Part shown: positions 13,209-26,480 of the stretch, piece by piece
Position numbering within the stretch: position 1 is the stretch's first letter
How the letters are laid out: each line of letters opens with the position of its first letter
NCBI RefSeq assembly: GCF_006345805.1
Contig: NC_042999.1
Span: 134,044,001 to 134,108,000 of the forward strand
Direction: 5' to 3'
From: Octopus sinensis
Lineage: Eukaryota
Length of the DNA stretch: 64,000 bases
Notes under the pieces: generated by a model
Told to the model about the DNA's origin: nothing
The model's database searches: none
What the model saw: only the letters and a program-made list of their open reading frames with translations
Program-made: the position numbers and the translations under genes

Positions 13209-14405
13209 CATGTCCACAATCCAATGACTGAAACAAGTAGAGTAAAAGTGAGCAAAAGATTAAATGAAAGAAGGAAACAATCGTAAGATTAGGATCATTC
13301 AGATCCTGCGAAGGTTTCCTTACGAGATATCTATAGATCTAACGATAATTCTGACAAAGTGAATAAATTACAGCTCACTCATATCTCTGCTTCTCTAATA
13401 CTCTTGAACAAATGTATTTACACCGAACGGTGAGGAAACTGATATGAATTCGAGTTACGTCTCTTCGTTGACTACTCCGCGACTTCGCAGCATAGATTTT
13501 ATGCTTCGTTTTATTTACAAGCATTAACATGTACTCTCTGTTCGATCTTAGTTTAAGCAACAATATAATTCAACTATAAATATAATTTACCATGAATACA
13601 TCATAAAATCATTATATATTTATAAAATAATATGAAAAAAAAAGATAATATGAAAACTAAGCTTGTCTCTCTCATTGTTCATTTTACGGGTCAAAGAATA
13701 TATTCTATCAAGCTATATAAGAAACAGCATAACTTGCCTGGATAATAGTTAAATACAAAGTTCAACTGTATTTGTTGTCATGTTTTCATTATATTTTCAT
13801 TTTTCCATCGTAATTCTTTCCTTTTAGCTTTTTATTCTTTCTTCTATTTTGCTTCTATACTCGTTAACACCATCGTTATTCTCAACCTGCCCTATTCTTT
13901 AACTGTCTTTAAAAAAAAACACCATCAATTGTTTTCCTCAAAAAGATTTCTAATTCAACGACTGTAATGGTGTAATCATTTATTAATATTTCCGGTAATA
14001 ATTATATTACACAGATGAGTGATAACTAACTCTTCCACATGTAAAACTTAGCAATATATTCTCTTCAAACCTTCGACTTTACAGCGTAAAGAACCAGGAT
14101 AGTTTTATTTAATACATATCCTTTTTACTTTTTGTTTTATTGTGAAACTGAAGTAGTAGCCATGATGCGAAAACTGCCTTATATAAAATATATAATTCTA
14201 GCAATAATTCATTTATCCAACAAAACAACAACAAACAAAAAATAATAAACCGAATTAAAAGATGAAATGAAAAAGAATTATGTAGAAGACTCATGTACCA
14301 AGAACACTGCATTTATCTATAAAGCCTCATTTATCAAAACAAGTAGTGCATTTATCAAATACGTTTACACACTGACGTACATAAAGACTCACATTCACAC
14401 ACACA

Positions 14406-14445
<40 letters not shown>

Positions 14446-15052
14446 ACGCGCACACACACACAACTATACATATACGAACATATATATATATATATATATA
14501 ATATATATATATATACGTACATCAAAAACAGCTTTACTTAAGAACTCTGATTCTCAGAAACCATTCATTCTGTGGAACAACTTATGATCTTTCTGTAAAG
14601 ATTCTCATAACAAATTACTTTTAATTATTGCCAAATATTCTGTCTGTTCCTGCTTTTATTTCAAATGCTTCAATACATTTCGGACAACAACACTAATAGC
14701 AACAACAATAAATGGGAGGTGATGTAAAAGAAAAAGAGAGAAAAAAAATGTATATATATATATAAATGAAGAAAAAAGAGGGAGGGAGAGTGAAAGAGAA
14801 AGAGAGAAATGAACAGAAGTGTGGAATTAACGAGAATAAAAAGAAATAATCTTGTTGTCTTCGACTCCTGTGGAATGGTAAACTTAATCTAGGGTTTGCT
14901 TGAAACGATAAAACTTCAGTGATAGTATTATAATTATGTTTATGATATAAGACGAGATTTAGAAGAAAATGGCGGTGGTAATTGTGAGTGCAATAGATGT
15001 ATTGTTGTGACGAAGGGACAGGGGATGGAAGGATAGTTAGTATGATGATAGA

Positions 15053-15183
15053 GAAGAAGAAGAAGAAGAAGAAGAAGAAGAAGAAGAAGAAGAAGAAGAA
15101 GAAGAAGAAGAAGAAGAAGAAGAAGAAGAAGAAGAAGAAGAAGAAGAAGAAGAAGAAGAAGAAGAAGAAGAAGAAGAAGAAGA
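15053..15183. repeat. Pure (GAA)n tract, about 43 units
   Basis: Visible directly; source of the poly-K and poly-F ORFs. Confidence 0.98.
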
Positions 15184-16258
15184 CAATGATGGTGGTGATG
15201 ATGGTGATGATGACGACGATGATGATGAAGAAGAAGAGTAAGTGAGTGAGTGAGTGAAACGAAAGACCTATCTGATAAATACGATTAGCAGAGTAAGTGA
15301 AGTTTATCAAAACCAGCGCCATTTTGGCGCGTCTATGTTGTATAAGCAATAAATAAAAACATAACGAGAGAATATGTGTGCAACGTTGCTTCCGTAATCA
15401 GTCATGCCTAAAGATTTGAAAGAATGATGAGGGGTTATTGAACGTATGACCGAAAAAATAGATATATGTGCTGGATAATGTATCTTATTCACCACTCGCT
15501 GCGCATGTGCACAATAAAGTTGCTGGACATTCGCTATTTTTCGACAAGCGTCAGTTAACAATTCAGAAAATTTATTGATGCTAGTATTGATCTGCTGGTT
15601 TTTCTGCAAACTCTCTGTATTTCCAGTTGAAGGTAGGCAAATAGCAAAGATGAGGATGGAGGTCTAGCATTGAAATCGCTAAAGTGTCGTTGTGTATTTA
15701 ACAGATACCAATGTAATAACAATAAATGCCTTGGCGAATATTAACGTATGGCAGAGAAGCATTGAAATCATTCTAGTTCACGATATGTCTTTTTTGATGA
15801 ATGTGATAAATAACGATTTCTAGTTTAGACACAAGACAACCGATACATAGAAAAGTGTAGTCGATTACATCGATCCCCATCACTTGATTCGTTTTTATTT
15901 ACCGGCCCCCGGATGAATGGAAGGCGGTGGGATTTGAACACAGCGTAAAGAGAATAAATAATAACCGCACAGAGATACTCTTGCTCCTACCACTAACAAT
16001 GATAGTAATGCTCTAAACGTGATCGATGGCAATGTCGGTCGCGCGCGGGGCAAAATTATTTCCTATGAATATTGCTAGCTTAGCTTAACGTGTGTATGTG
16101 TGAGTGTTTGTGAGTGTGCGTGCGTGGGTGTGTGTATGTGTGCGCGCGCACGCATGTATGTGTGTGCGCGCACGCGTGTATGTGTGTGTGCGCACGCGTG
16201 TATGTGTGTGCGTGTGTATGTGTATACGTGTGTGTGTGTGTGTGTGCGTGTGTGTGTG

Positions 16259-16291
<33 letters not shown>

Positions 16292-16491
16292 GTGTGTACA
16301 TAATGTTTGTTTTTTATATCAAGTTATATGTAAAAACAGTTTGGCACTAAACAGGAGGATTGCTCAGTACTGTTTAGTAGAGTACATAGTTATATTTCGA
16401 GAAAATAGTTGACACTGACTTCAATGCTTGCCGTAATGAGACTGATGAGCACAACTTCGAAGTCATTTCGAACGTTTTCTACTCAAAAGTT

Positions 16492-16945
16492 GGTGCTACT
16501 TTGGCGTGTGATCAACAAGGGAAAATACTTTAGATTACTTTTTAGTTTACGTTTCAATTTCTAAAAATCCGTAGGATGTTGGCTAAAGATTTTTACAATG
16601 TGATCAGCAACGAGTCAAAGTTAATTGCATTTTTACAAGAAACCAACACTAAATTCACATCATTTCTTAAGAAAAAGAGAGGTGCCCCTTTGGCGTGTGA
16701 TCCACAATTTAAAGAGAGATTACTTTCGGTTACTTTTTAGTTTTTTTTGTGTTACTTTTTGTGTTATTTTGTGCTACTTTCTGTGTGATTTACTTCGGTG
16801 AGTGATCTACGCGCTTATTTTAATTATTATATGGTTTTCTTATTATTAGAATAGAATTTTGAAAAGATAGATTTACAATGCTAAGTATGAACAAAATAAT
16901 TTTAAAAGTAGCCTAAAGTAATCTCTCTTGTCAGTGTGTAATCTC
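16492..16945 (+). mobile_element. Non-autonomous DNA-transposon remnant, possibly Merlin-like
   Basis: Duplicated terminus GGTGC..CTTTGGCGTGTGATC.ACAA..GATTACTTT at 16492 and 16681, an inverted counterpart AAAAGTAGCCTAAAGTAATCTCTCTT near 16904-16929, and a short peptide MLAKDFYNVISNESKLIAFLQE. Confidence 0.4.
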
Positions 16946-18211
16946 CCAGAAATCAATGTGTGGGATTGAGAGAGAGGGGGAAGGGAATGAGTGAGAGAGA
17001 GAGAGAGTGAGGGAGTAAGTGAGTGAGAGAGAGAGAGAGACTTGTCAGTTTTGAGTTCAAATCCTACTAGTGTTGTAATTTTTGCTTTTCATAGCTAGAG
17101 GGTGCCAAAAATACGTATCGCTCAAATACTGGGATGGGTCTATAAAACTCACCCACTTTCCAGAGTTTGTAGTCTTCTGCCAAAATTAAAAATTGCTCAC
17201 AAACCTTGTTTTCATGCACCATTATGCTAATGCCACCATTCCCATACATGATTCAATTCAAACATTAACATGGAAACAGATTATCTATGTTGGACTGATG
17301 GAGGGGTGTCTTACCCATCCAGACGAGTTTCTCTCAGATTTTGAAAACTGAGTATTTTAGAGGACAGTATATGGGATATTGGAACCAACATTGTTATCAA
17401 ACTTTAGCAAAATAAGCTTCATACTGAAACCGAATTCCACTTATTCTGTTCGTTCAAATTTTAGTGCTGCAATACGATCACAACAATAATCTTTTTTAAT
17501 CAGCTTTAGTACTTTAATCCTCTCCATACCTTTCCCTCTCCTATCTTAACCTCCTTCTTTCTGCTTCTTCCTTTCCACCTATAGTTTCACTGTCATTCTC
17601 TTCTTTCACCCACTCTCTTACACTCTATGTCCCTCTCTATTAATAAAGCATGGTTGTTTTTCCATCATATTTGTTATTCTTACATTTGTCGCTCTTGAAG
17701 CTGGGGTTACAAGTGAATGCGTTAATGTTTGCCTTTTGCACTTGTTGAACGTCCCTTCTCTTGTCCGGAATCAATTGATATTTGATAGCATCTCTAGATC
17801 TCAACTCACCCGTAGTTTTACTTCATCTTACCACTACTACCACCACCACCACCACCACACCGCCAACTGTGAACTAATCTAGGATGTTCTTTATTCCTAT
17901 CTGTCTACACTGACTGACTTCTTATTCATGTCAAATAAACAAAAGATGCCTTATGTTTTATTTCATTTACTACTCGGTAGCCCGAGTTGTTGAGTCGATT
18001 TAGAACTAGCAACAAGCTGAGAAGAGAGTAGTTTGTAACCTTTTAACCGTTGTACAAATAGCCAAAAGATATAACACGTAAATGATACAGTCCGCTTAGT
18101 TTTATATAGATCTACAGGTACCACACGTAGGGAACATCTCACCGGCACAAAGTAAACTGGCCAAATGTTTTATTGAGCTTGTCCAGTTCAGTTCCATTTC
18201 ACTCAATAGAT

Positions 18212-18269
18212 CAGTGGTTCTCAACCGGGTTCCATATAATATTTTGTTGTTGGAATTTATCTGCAATAA

Positions 18270-18302
<33 letters not shown>

Positions 18303-19046
18303 TGTATGTATGTATGTATGTATGTATGTATGTATGTATGTGTGTGTGTATGTATGTATGTATGTATGTATGTATGTATGTATGTATGTATGTATGTGTG
18401 TATGTAGGTATGTATGTATGTATGTATGTATGTATGTATGTATGTATGCATGCATGTATGTATGTATGTATGTATGTATGTATGTATGTATGTATGTGTG
18501 TGTGTGTATGTATGTATGTATGTATGTATGTATGTATGTATGTATGTATGTATGTGTGTATGTATGTATGTCTGTATGTATGTATGTATGTATGTATGTA
18601 TGTATGTATGTATGTATGTGTGTATCTATACAGCTTTAACATTGAACATTGATTAAAAAGAAGCCTCTACTGATGTTTTATGCATTTTCTTTTTCTTTTA
18701 AAAGTGATTCTATCTAGAAAATAAGACTTTGAGCAAATTGCGAATGACACACAGGTAAACATTGAACATTCTTAGAAACAAGTTTGTACAAATAAATTGT
18801 TATACTTCTACATTACACAAAATATTAAAAAAATTTTTTTAATTCAGTTCCTAATAATATTTAATTATAAAAATATAATGGGACTTTTTACACATCAGAT
18901 AGCTATGGGGGTCCAGTAGAGAATCAAAGGAGTCCATAGGTAATAAAAATGGGGTGAGAATCAATGCAATGGATAAAATCTTGAGGTGGGTGGTCTGTGT
19001 GGTCATATCGTAATGGTAAGGAATATGCCACACCACGGTTGGGAAA
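18212..19046 (+). mobile_element. hAT/Charlie-type non-autonomous element remnant with expanded (TATG)n
   Basis: Left end CAGTGGTTCTCAACC is a typical Charlie/MER5-like TIR; partial inverse GGTTGGGAAA at 19037-19046. Confidence 0.5.
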
Positions 19047-19162
19047 GTTTAAGAGGGTCACATCAACTAGACACCCAGATACAGCATTCCGAGTTCAAAT
19101 TGCACCGTGTTGTACCATCCTCTTATCTTTACGGGGTCGATCAACTAAGTACTAGTGAAGTA

Positions 19163-20384
19163 CAGGGTGGGGCAGAGAGCATGGACGTTTTTGAAAAATT
19201 CACAAAATCATTAATTTTAGCTACAAACAAACTTTATGACATTAATGTGTTCATGTTGAATTAACATTTGTCAAAATCAAGTGTGGAAAACAACATTCGT
19301 CATCTGGTGTCCGTTTTCATTGATGCATTTCTGAAGACGTTCTTGGAAGTTTGCTCCCACTCTCTTCAGCATTGCTCAGTCGATTTGGTCGGCTACCGCG
19401 CGAATAACTTCCTTCAAATCGTCCGCTGTACGGGGCTTATGCGCATACATACGTGCCTTGAGATTTCCCCACAAGAAATAATCACATATGGACAAATCAG
19501 GAGACCTAGAAATGAGGCGGTCACCGAAGAGAGGGCGAAGGATGTCCATTGATGCTCTGGCTATGTAGGTTGTCGCCTCATCCTGCTAAAACCACACACG
19601 TTGAATGGGCATACGTTTGCGTCGTGATTCAAGCACAAAGAAGTTGTTTATCATCTCGATGTAATTAACGCTCGGAGTTCACAGTAACAGCATTTCCACT
19701 ATTGTCTTCAAAAAGCAAGGACGAATGACAGCAGTTTTTCCAAAAGCACACCAGATCGTCACCTTTGGGCTGTGCAGTGGTCTTTTGTGCAGTTCTCTCA
19801 GATTTTCAAGAGGCCAATAACGACAGTTCTGTTGATTCACCATGCCATTGAGATGAAAATGAGCTTCATCACTCATTAACAAAATAAGGTTGTCATTTGC
19901 CTCAGAAATTACTTCCATCTGACGTGTGAAGTTAAGCCTCCCTGCATAATCCATAGTTTCAACTGTTGCCCAATAACCAATTTGCAGTCCTTCATGCAAA
20001 ATACGCTTTACCGATCGATTACCGATGCCTTGTTCAGTGGCATGCCTCCAAGCAGAGTGATTCGGATTCCGTATCAAAGCTTATCAGACGCGTTCTATAT
20101 TTTCCGAGGTCCGTACCGTTCGTGGTGACCCCACCGGTGAACGTTGAAGTGGCGCCGAAACTCACTCTGAACTGCTGTGGCAGACTCGTTATTCTTCACG
20201 TAACTGTCGGAGGCAGACACGCGATGCTCTATCGTCCACAGTACCATGGGTTCACATAAACAGGTAAAAATAAAAGAAATACAAAGCCACCACGGACCGA
20301 ATGGTAACTGTCGGACATATGTCCCTCCCACTGGGGCTGAGTAACAGCCATTTCAAAAACGTCCGTTCTCTCTGCCCCAGCCTG
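19163..20384 (-). mobile_element. Decayed Tc1/mariner transposon, DD41D-like, inserted in a SINE-B
   Basis: TA-flanked TIRs CAGGGTGGGGCAGAGAGCATGGACGTTTTTGAAA / TTTCAAAAACGTCCGTTCTCTCTGCCCCAGCCTG. Transposase remnant 20247->19277 with MSDEAHFHLNGMVNQQNCRYW, PLHSPKVTIWCA and SPDLSICDYFLWG. Confidence 0.92.
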
Positions 20385-20837
20385 TACAAGATAGGGCAAT
20401 ATAATCGGCTATTTATTTTCAAAACATTCCTGACCTTCCGCGAAGGTAAAAAAAAATACAAGAAATAAGTTCACAGAGAACTGAAGAGAGCTAAAGGCTT
20501 CGATTCTAATTTGACGTAAAACCCTTTTATCAACAATCCCAACTTAAACAGTTACTAAATAAATAAATAAAAATAAACTGCTTATGTATATGTGTAACCT
20601 TTATTCCAAAGAAATTTCGATATTCTATTCTGCAGTTTAATTTATATGTACAGATTTATTCCTAAGAATGTTCCATGTTCACTTCTGAGTCACTTGCAAT
20701 TTGCTCAAAGTCTTATTTTTTAGGTAGGACCACTTTCAGAAAAAGAAAAAGAAAATGCATAAAACGTTAATACCGGCTTCTTTTTAATCCACGTTTATTG
20801 TTAAAGCTGTTCTATCATCCATCCCCTTATAGATATA

Positions 20838-22093
20838 TTAGGTTGTCAAGAAAGTTCTTGCGGTTTTTAACCTTTAAATTCAGATGCACATATCTCGACT
20901 CAAGCAAAATTTTATTAATCGAAATAAACACCATCAGAATCAACACACTTTGGCCAACGCGAATCAAGTTTACTTATGCCAGTAGCGTAAAAATCCTGCG
21001 TTCTGGTGGCGATGAAGTCGTTGAAGGCGTGTTTGGCATCGTCTTGGTTTTTGAAGCATTTCTCACGCACGAAGTTGCCGAGATGCTTGAAAAAGTGATA
21101 GTCGGTAGGTGAGAAGTCTGGTGAATATAGCAGATGAGGCAGAGTTTCGTATCCCAATTCGTTCAACTTCTGCAGGGTGAGTTGTGCGACGTGCGGCCGA
21201 GCATTGTCGGGGAGAAGAATTGGTCCTTTTCTATTGACCAGAGCTGGCTGTTGTTTCTTATGCATTTCATCCATTTGCTGACAGTACTTCTCCCCGTAAT
21301 GGTTTCGCTTGGATTCAAAAAGCTGTGATGGATGAGACCGGCCGCACTCCACCAAACAGTCACCATGACCTTCTTTTGGTGCAACTTTGGCTTCGGGAAG
21401 TGCTGTAGAGCTTCGTCGGCGTTCAACCACTGAGCTGAGCGTCGCCGGTTATCGTACAGGATCCATTTTTCATCGCAAGTCACAATCCGGTCGAGAAACG
21501 GGTCGTTCTTGTTGCGTAAAAGAGGGAAAGACGACACTTCAAAACGGCTTTTTTTTTCTTTTGTCGTTCAATTCGTGCGGCACCCATTTCTCAAGTATTT
21601 TTGTTTTTACAATCTCTTTCAAGTGGTTGGAAATTGCCGTATATGTTACATCTAATTCAGAAGCAAGCTCTCGAACAGTTGTGCGTGGATTGGCTTCCAC
21701 TAAGGCTCTTAGATGATAGTTGTCAACATCCGATGGCCGACCACTACGTTTATCATCTTCAAGACTCTCGTCACCGCTACGAAATTTCTTGAACCACCAT
21801 TGTGCTGTACGTTCATCGTTGTCATCGCGAGCTGTTTCAACAGCTTTTCGGCCCAGCTTGAACTGGAATAAGAAAATTGGACGAATTTTTTTTTGTTCAT
21901 GTTGTATCAAACGTTCGGGGAGAAATGGCCTCATTATTCAGAAAGAAAAGGAGTAACACGATTAGATAGAGCGAAAAACGGACTTTAAAATGATATATAT
22001 ATATAGTCAAAGTAATTTAACGAAAATTAATTTGAAAATACATCATTTAAAACCGAAATGAAAAATTCCGCAAGAACTTTCTTGACAACCAAA
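20838..22093 (-). mobile_element. mariner DD34D transposon, cecropia/Hsmar1-like, non-functional
   Basis: TA-flanked TIRs TTAGGTTGTCAAGAAAGTTCTTGCGG / CCGCAAGAACTTTCTTGACAACCAAA. Confidence 0.95.
20915..21900 (-). pseudogene. Hsmar1-like mariner transposase pseudogene
   Basis: [63 protein letters not shown] and YSPDFSPTDYHFFKHL, split over several frames. Confidence 0.93.
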
Positions 22094-22343
22094 TACATAG
22101 ATACAGACAGGCAGACAATGTGAAAGACAGAGAGACGAACATATGTACAGAAACACATACATGCATACATACATACATACATGAATGAATGCATACATGC
22201 ATACATACATACATACATACATACATACATACATACATACATACATAGGGACAGACATACAGATATGCATACATACATACATGCATACATACATAGGGAC
22301 AGACATACAGATATGCATACATACATACGGACAGATAGACATA

Positions 22344-22426
<83 letters not shown>

Positions 22427-22595
22427 TGCATATATAGGGACAGGACGTCAGAAACCGTAAAAAACATGAAATACGAGAACAAAGAGTTGAATACGTAAAC
22501 AATGAGAGAAACAAATGGAAAACAGGACAAGTAACATCAAGAATGACCCTTCATCAGTTGTCGACTGTCCATTAACTCCTCATTTCGAGTACACA

Positions 22596-22680
<85 letters not shown>

Positions 22681-23035
22681 AGGAGGCGATTCGCTGTAAC
22701 GGGTATCATGCAGAAGGAATGTAGCAGCCATGATAGATTAAAAGTATACACATATATGCAAGGTGTGTATGTGATTGTATGCACCTGTGAATATTGCAGT
22801 CTCTACAACGATAAATTCTTTTGACATTTTATTTTATGTCCATAGGCTTAGCGTACATAAGCTAAATTTTGAAATGTACTATCTGGACGAAACACATATA
22901 TATCATGTCTCAAGTTTAAAAATATCATTGAGCGTATGTGTGTAAAGACGTGTTTAATTTGATAGTATGTCGGTTGGTGGATTCTTTGAAGATTTTTTCT
23001 CTTCATATTTTCTCAAATCTAATGCTAGTAATCCA

Positions 23036-23425
23036 TTCTACTATAGGCACAAGGCCTGAAATTTGCGGGAGGGGCCTAGCCGGTTACATCGAGCCCCAGA
23101 ACTTGACTGGCACTTATTTCATCGATCCGAAATGAGGAAAGGCAAAGTTGACTTAAGCGGAATTTGAACTCAGGGCGTAACGACAGACGAAATACCTATT
23201 TCTTTACTAACCACAAGGGGCTAAACACAGAGAGGACAAACAACGACAAACGGCTTAAGTAGATTATATCGACCCCAGTGCGTAACTGGTATTTATTTAA
23301 TCGATCCCGAAAGGATGAAAGGCAAAGTCGACCTCGGCGGAATTTGAACTCAGAACGTAACGGCAGACGAAATACAGCTAGACATTTCGCCCGGCGTGCT
23401 AACGTTTCTGCCAGCTCGCCGCCTT
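23036..23425 (-). mobile_element. Dimeric SINE family 'B' (full monomer plus 5'-truncated monomer)
   Basis: Two B units with a junction at 23196/23197; degenerate flanking direct repeat TAATGCTA(G/A)TAA at 23020 and 23431. Confidence 0.85.
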
Positions 23426-23506
23426 GAATTTAATGCTAATAACAATGTTCGACACAAGGGCTCGAAGTGATACGGAAAAAAAATATATTAAAGAAACTTA
23501 AACAGT

Positions 23507-23720
23507 GGCGCGGGAGTGGCTGTGTAGTAAGAAGCTTTTTTCCAAGTCATATGGTTTCCTGTTCAGTCCTACTCCTTGGCACCTTCGACGAAGTGTCTTC
23601 TACTATAGTCTCGGTCCGACCAAAGCCTTGTGAGTGAATTTGGTAGACCGAAACTAAAAGAAGCCTGTTGTATATATATGTGTGTATGTGTTTATATATA
23701 TACATACATATATATATATA

Positions 23721-23808
<88 letters not shown>

Positions 23809-24025
23809 GTTCGTTTTTGTGTCTGTATTTGGTTCCCTTCGCTTGATTGACAACTGATGTCGATGTGTTTACGTCTTCGTAAACTAGCGGTTCGGCAAAA
23901 GAGATGGATAAAATAATTTCCAGGCTTAAGAAAAAAGTACTGGGTTCGTTTCATTCGATTAAAACTTCTTCAATACGGTGCCCCAGTATGACCACAGTCT
24001 AAATTAAAAGATAAAGGATAAAAGA
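23507..24025 (+). mobile_element. SINE family 'C', full length
   Basis: A-box-like TGGCTGTGTAG, B-box-like GTTCAGTCC, central (TA)n, conserved tail. Confidence 0.88.
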
Positions 24026-24179
24026 GGCCGTGTGCGATGGGGCGGAGAAGTTGTATAAAGACGAATGGACGGCGAAAGACCTCATACAATATATAACTGG
24101 AGAAATTAACATTTATAAAACTACAAAAAATTACAACGAAATGAATAATAGAATATGACAAAACATACAATAATTATTT

Positions 24180-24352
24180 CCTATTTTGGAACAAGGCCGG
24201 TTATTTGAGAGGTTGGGGAAGTCGAGGACATCGACTCCACTGCTCAACCATTATTTATATTATCGAACTCGAAACGATAATAGCCAAAGTAGACCTCGGC
24301 GACATTTGAACTCTGAACATAAGCAGCCGGAATAAATGTTGCTAAGTATTTT
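24180..24352 (-). mobile_element. SINE family 'B', diverged
   Basis: AAAGTAGACCTCGGCGACATTTGAACTC matches the B consensus in reverse. Confidence 0.7.
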
Positions 24353-24574
24353 GGAAACATGATATTTATAAATAAAATTAAATTCCACTTGCGTTCATCA
24401 GGTTAACCCATGTTCATGTTATTCTGCTTCCACTATATTGTTGTTCATAACAGGAAGTACCAAAATCTTACATTGGGAAATTTTGCATTACAGCAGCAGG
24501 TTATAGCTCATGGCTTCTGGATCATTAAAATATAACATTTCATAAAGTCTACCAAAAATGTGTATGGCACGTCT

Positions 24575-26480
24575 GACCAATCGTGTGCGTTCCTTCCACA
24601 GAAAGTGGAACAGCAGACACTCTAGCCCGGTGGGACGTGAACTGAGGAAATACACAACCATCGGGCAGTATATGACGGAAGCTGGGTGAGAATGACCGCT
24701 CTGCTCTTCAGCTCATCCAAGTCCTCTCCAAACTGGACCCCGAGTAACTTTAGGGATCCATATGTCCAATGTCCGATGATGCTGTAAGAGGGTGGACCTG
24801 CCTTCCTAGGTAAGGACGGCAGCTCACTGACATTTCTGGCTTGATTTTTGCTTCTGTCACCCATTTCGTATTCCCTTAAAACTGTATCAAAAACATCGAT
24901 GTGTCTGGTATCTGATATTATCGCAGTAACCTTGTCCGCGTGTGCCAACACGGTTTTTCCAGCCCTAGCCTGCACGAAATACTTCTCAATATGTCCCATG
25001 CAGCCAACCATTGCTTCGCGTATTTCTGTAGATGTTATGAGTTATCCTGCGTTCCGACCCACCATTCGACCCAAACAATCCAGCAAAATTCTGCTGAAAG
25101 CTGTACACTTCTGCTTGGGGTTGAGTAACATGTGCCCATTATAGTCCACCAAATATTGAATTGGGAATTTCTTTCACTTTACGTCTCTTCACCCTGGGCC
25201 CATCGAACGGCATTCATTCTGCCGTGTCTTAGAGTGCGCCTTAGCTCTAACTAAACCGCATTCGTGTTTGGCGCTGAAGGACTGGTCGAGGATCAATCTC
25301 ACCGTGAGCACGTCGGTTGCTCTTCCATTCATAAGTGCTTCTTTCAAGTTACTCTCCATATTGTGAACAACCTATGCTATCCTTTTCTACTGGCTTAGAC
25401 ATGATCTGGATGACACAATGTGGTTTGTCCAATCTCACAGTGGTGCCTGTCAGACAGCTTTAAGTGTCTGGACAGGCTTCCGATGCCTTTGCACTCCCTC
25501 TCTTATTAGCTAGCAAACACAACCCAAGCATGTATCCAAATACGCGTCTCAACCAGCCATTAGCACTAAAGATTGGCTGTTCCCAGGAAAACTTCGTGAC
25601 GCCTGCAGAAATCTGGTTCCTCCACCCGTCGAAGTATAAACAGTTACTTTTCTGACGGCATTTCCTCCGCGAATGTTCACATCCAGGACCACCAATTTAT
25701 CTTCTGAGTACAAGAAGACGAGCCGTATCGAGCGATTTAGAGCCTTTCGAAATAACAAGTAGCTCTGCCTCTCAATATCGGTCAACTTGGGGATAGATAG
25801 CTCTCCACCGAAAATGGGCATGAAAGCTTGTGGACTGCAAATTTTTTTATCAATGATGGCTACCGCTTCTATATCAAGAGATCTTGGTGACCCTGCTTCC
25901 ATTGAGATCTCCAGGTTTCGTGCATTTCTGCGTCAATTTTGTTATCTATTGCAGCGACCCGACTTCTGAAAAAGGTTCTAAAATTGTCGCTTTCAAGATG
26001 GCTACCAGATAAGGATGTCGACTCCATCTAAAAATTTCGACTGATTCAAATTCAGCTGAACACCACATAAACCATCTTTATTTCCAGCACCATTTTATGT
26101 TTGCAATGAGGTTGAAGTTGTTGCAGACGGACTTATTCAAGACCGCACAGGACTGAGCTATCCCAACCAGACCACCTACAAGTGCTGACCTTTCGCGAAC
26201 ACTTTGGCCAAAATATTAATCTCTATATTTAGCAGTTTCATAGCTCGACAGCTGTCTTTTTCCTCCTCGTTCGTGTGTGTGTGAGGCGGAGGGGGGGAGC
26301 TCTCTCAGTAGTGTCACCTCTCATAAGCTCACAACACTGGAAATTTTCCAATTACGCTGCCTGTTGCGGTATACGTCTACCAAGAGGTCAACAAAAATGT
26401 CTGATATGAATTCATAAAACTTAAATAACAGACAATCCAAACTACTTAAGCTACTCTTACTAGATGTTTCTCCCTTGTCC
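24575..26480 (-). mobile_element. Heavily decayed, rearranged Tx1/L1-like LINE ORF2
   Basis: RT motif remnants MKLLNIEINILAKVFA (about 26190-26245) and LAHADKVTAII (YADD-like, about 24920-24950); endonuclease-like DKLVVLDVNIRGG (about 25665-25705). Confidence 0.7.

Noticed and set aside
17230-17830. Further Penelope GIY-YIG remnant (IIYVG-like peptide)
   Set aside because: Too degenerate to call without a profile search.
20915-21900. SETMAR host gene
   Set aside because: There is no SET domain, the ORF is frameshifted, and it is bounded by TIRs and TA duplications, so it is a free mariner copy.
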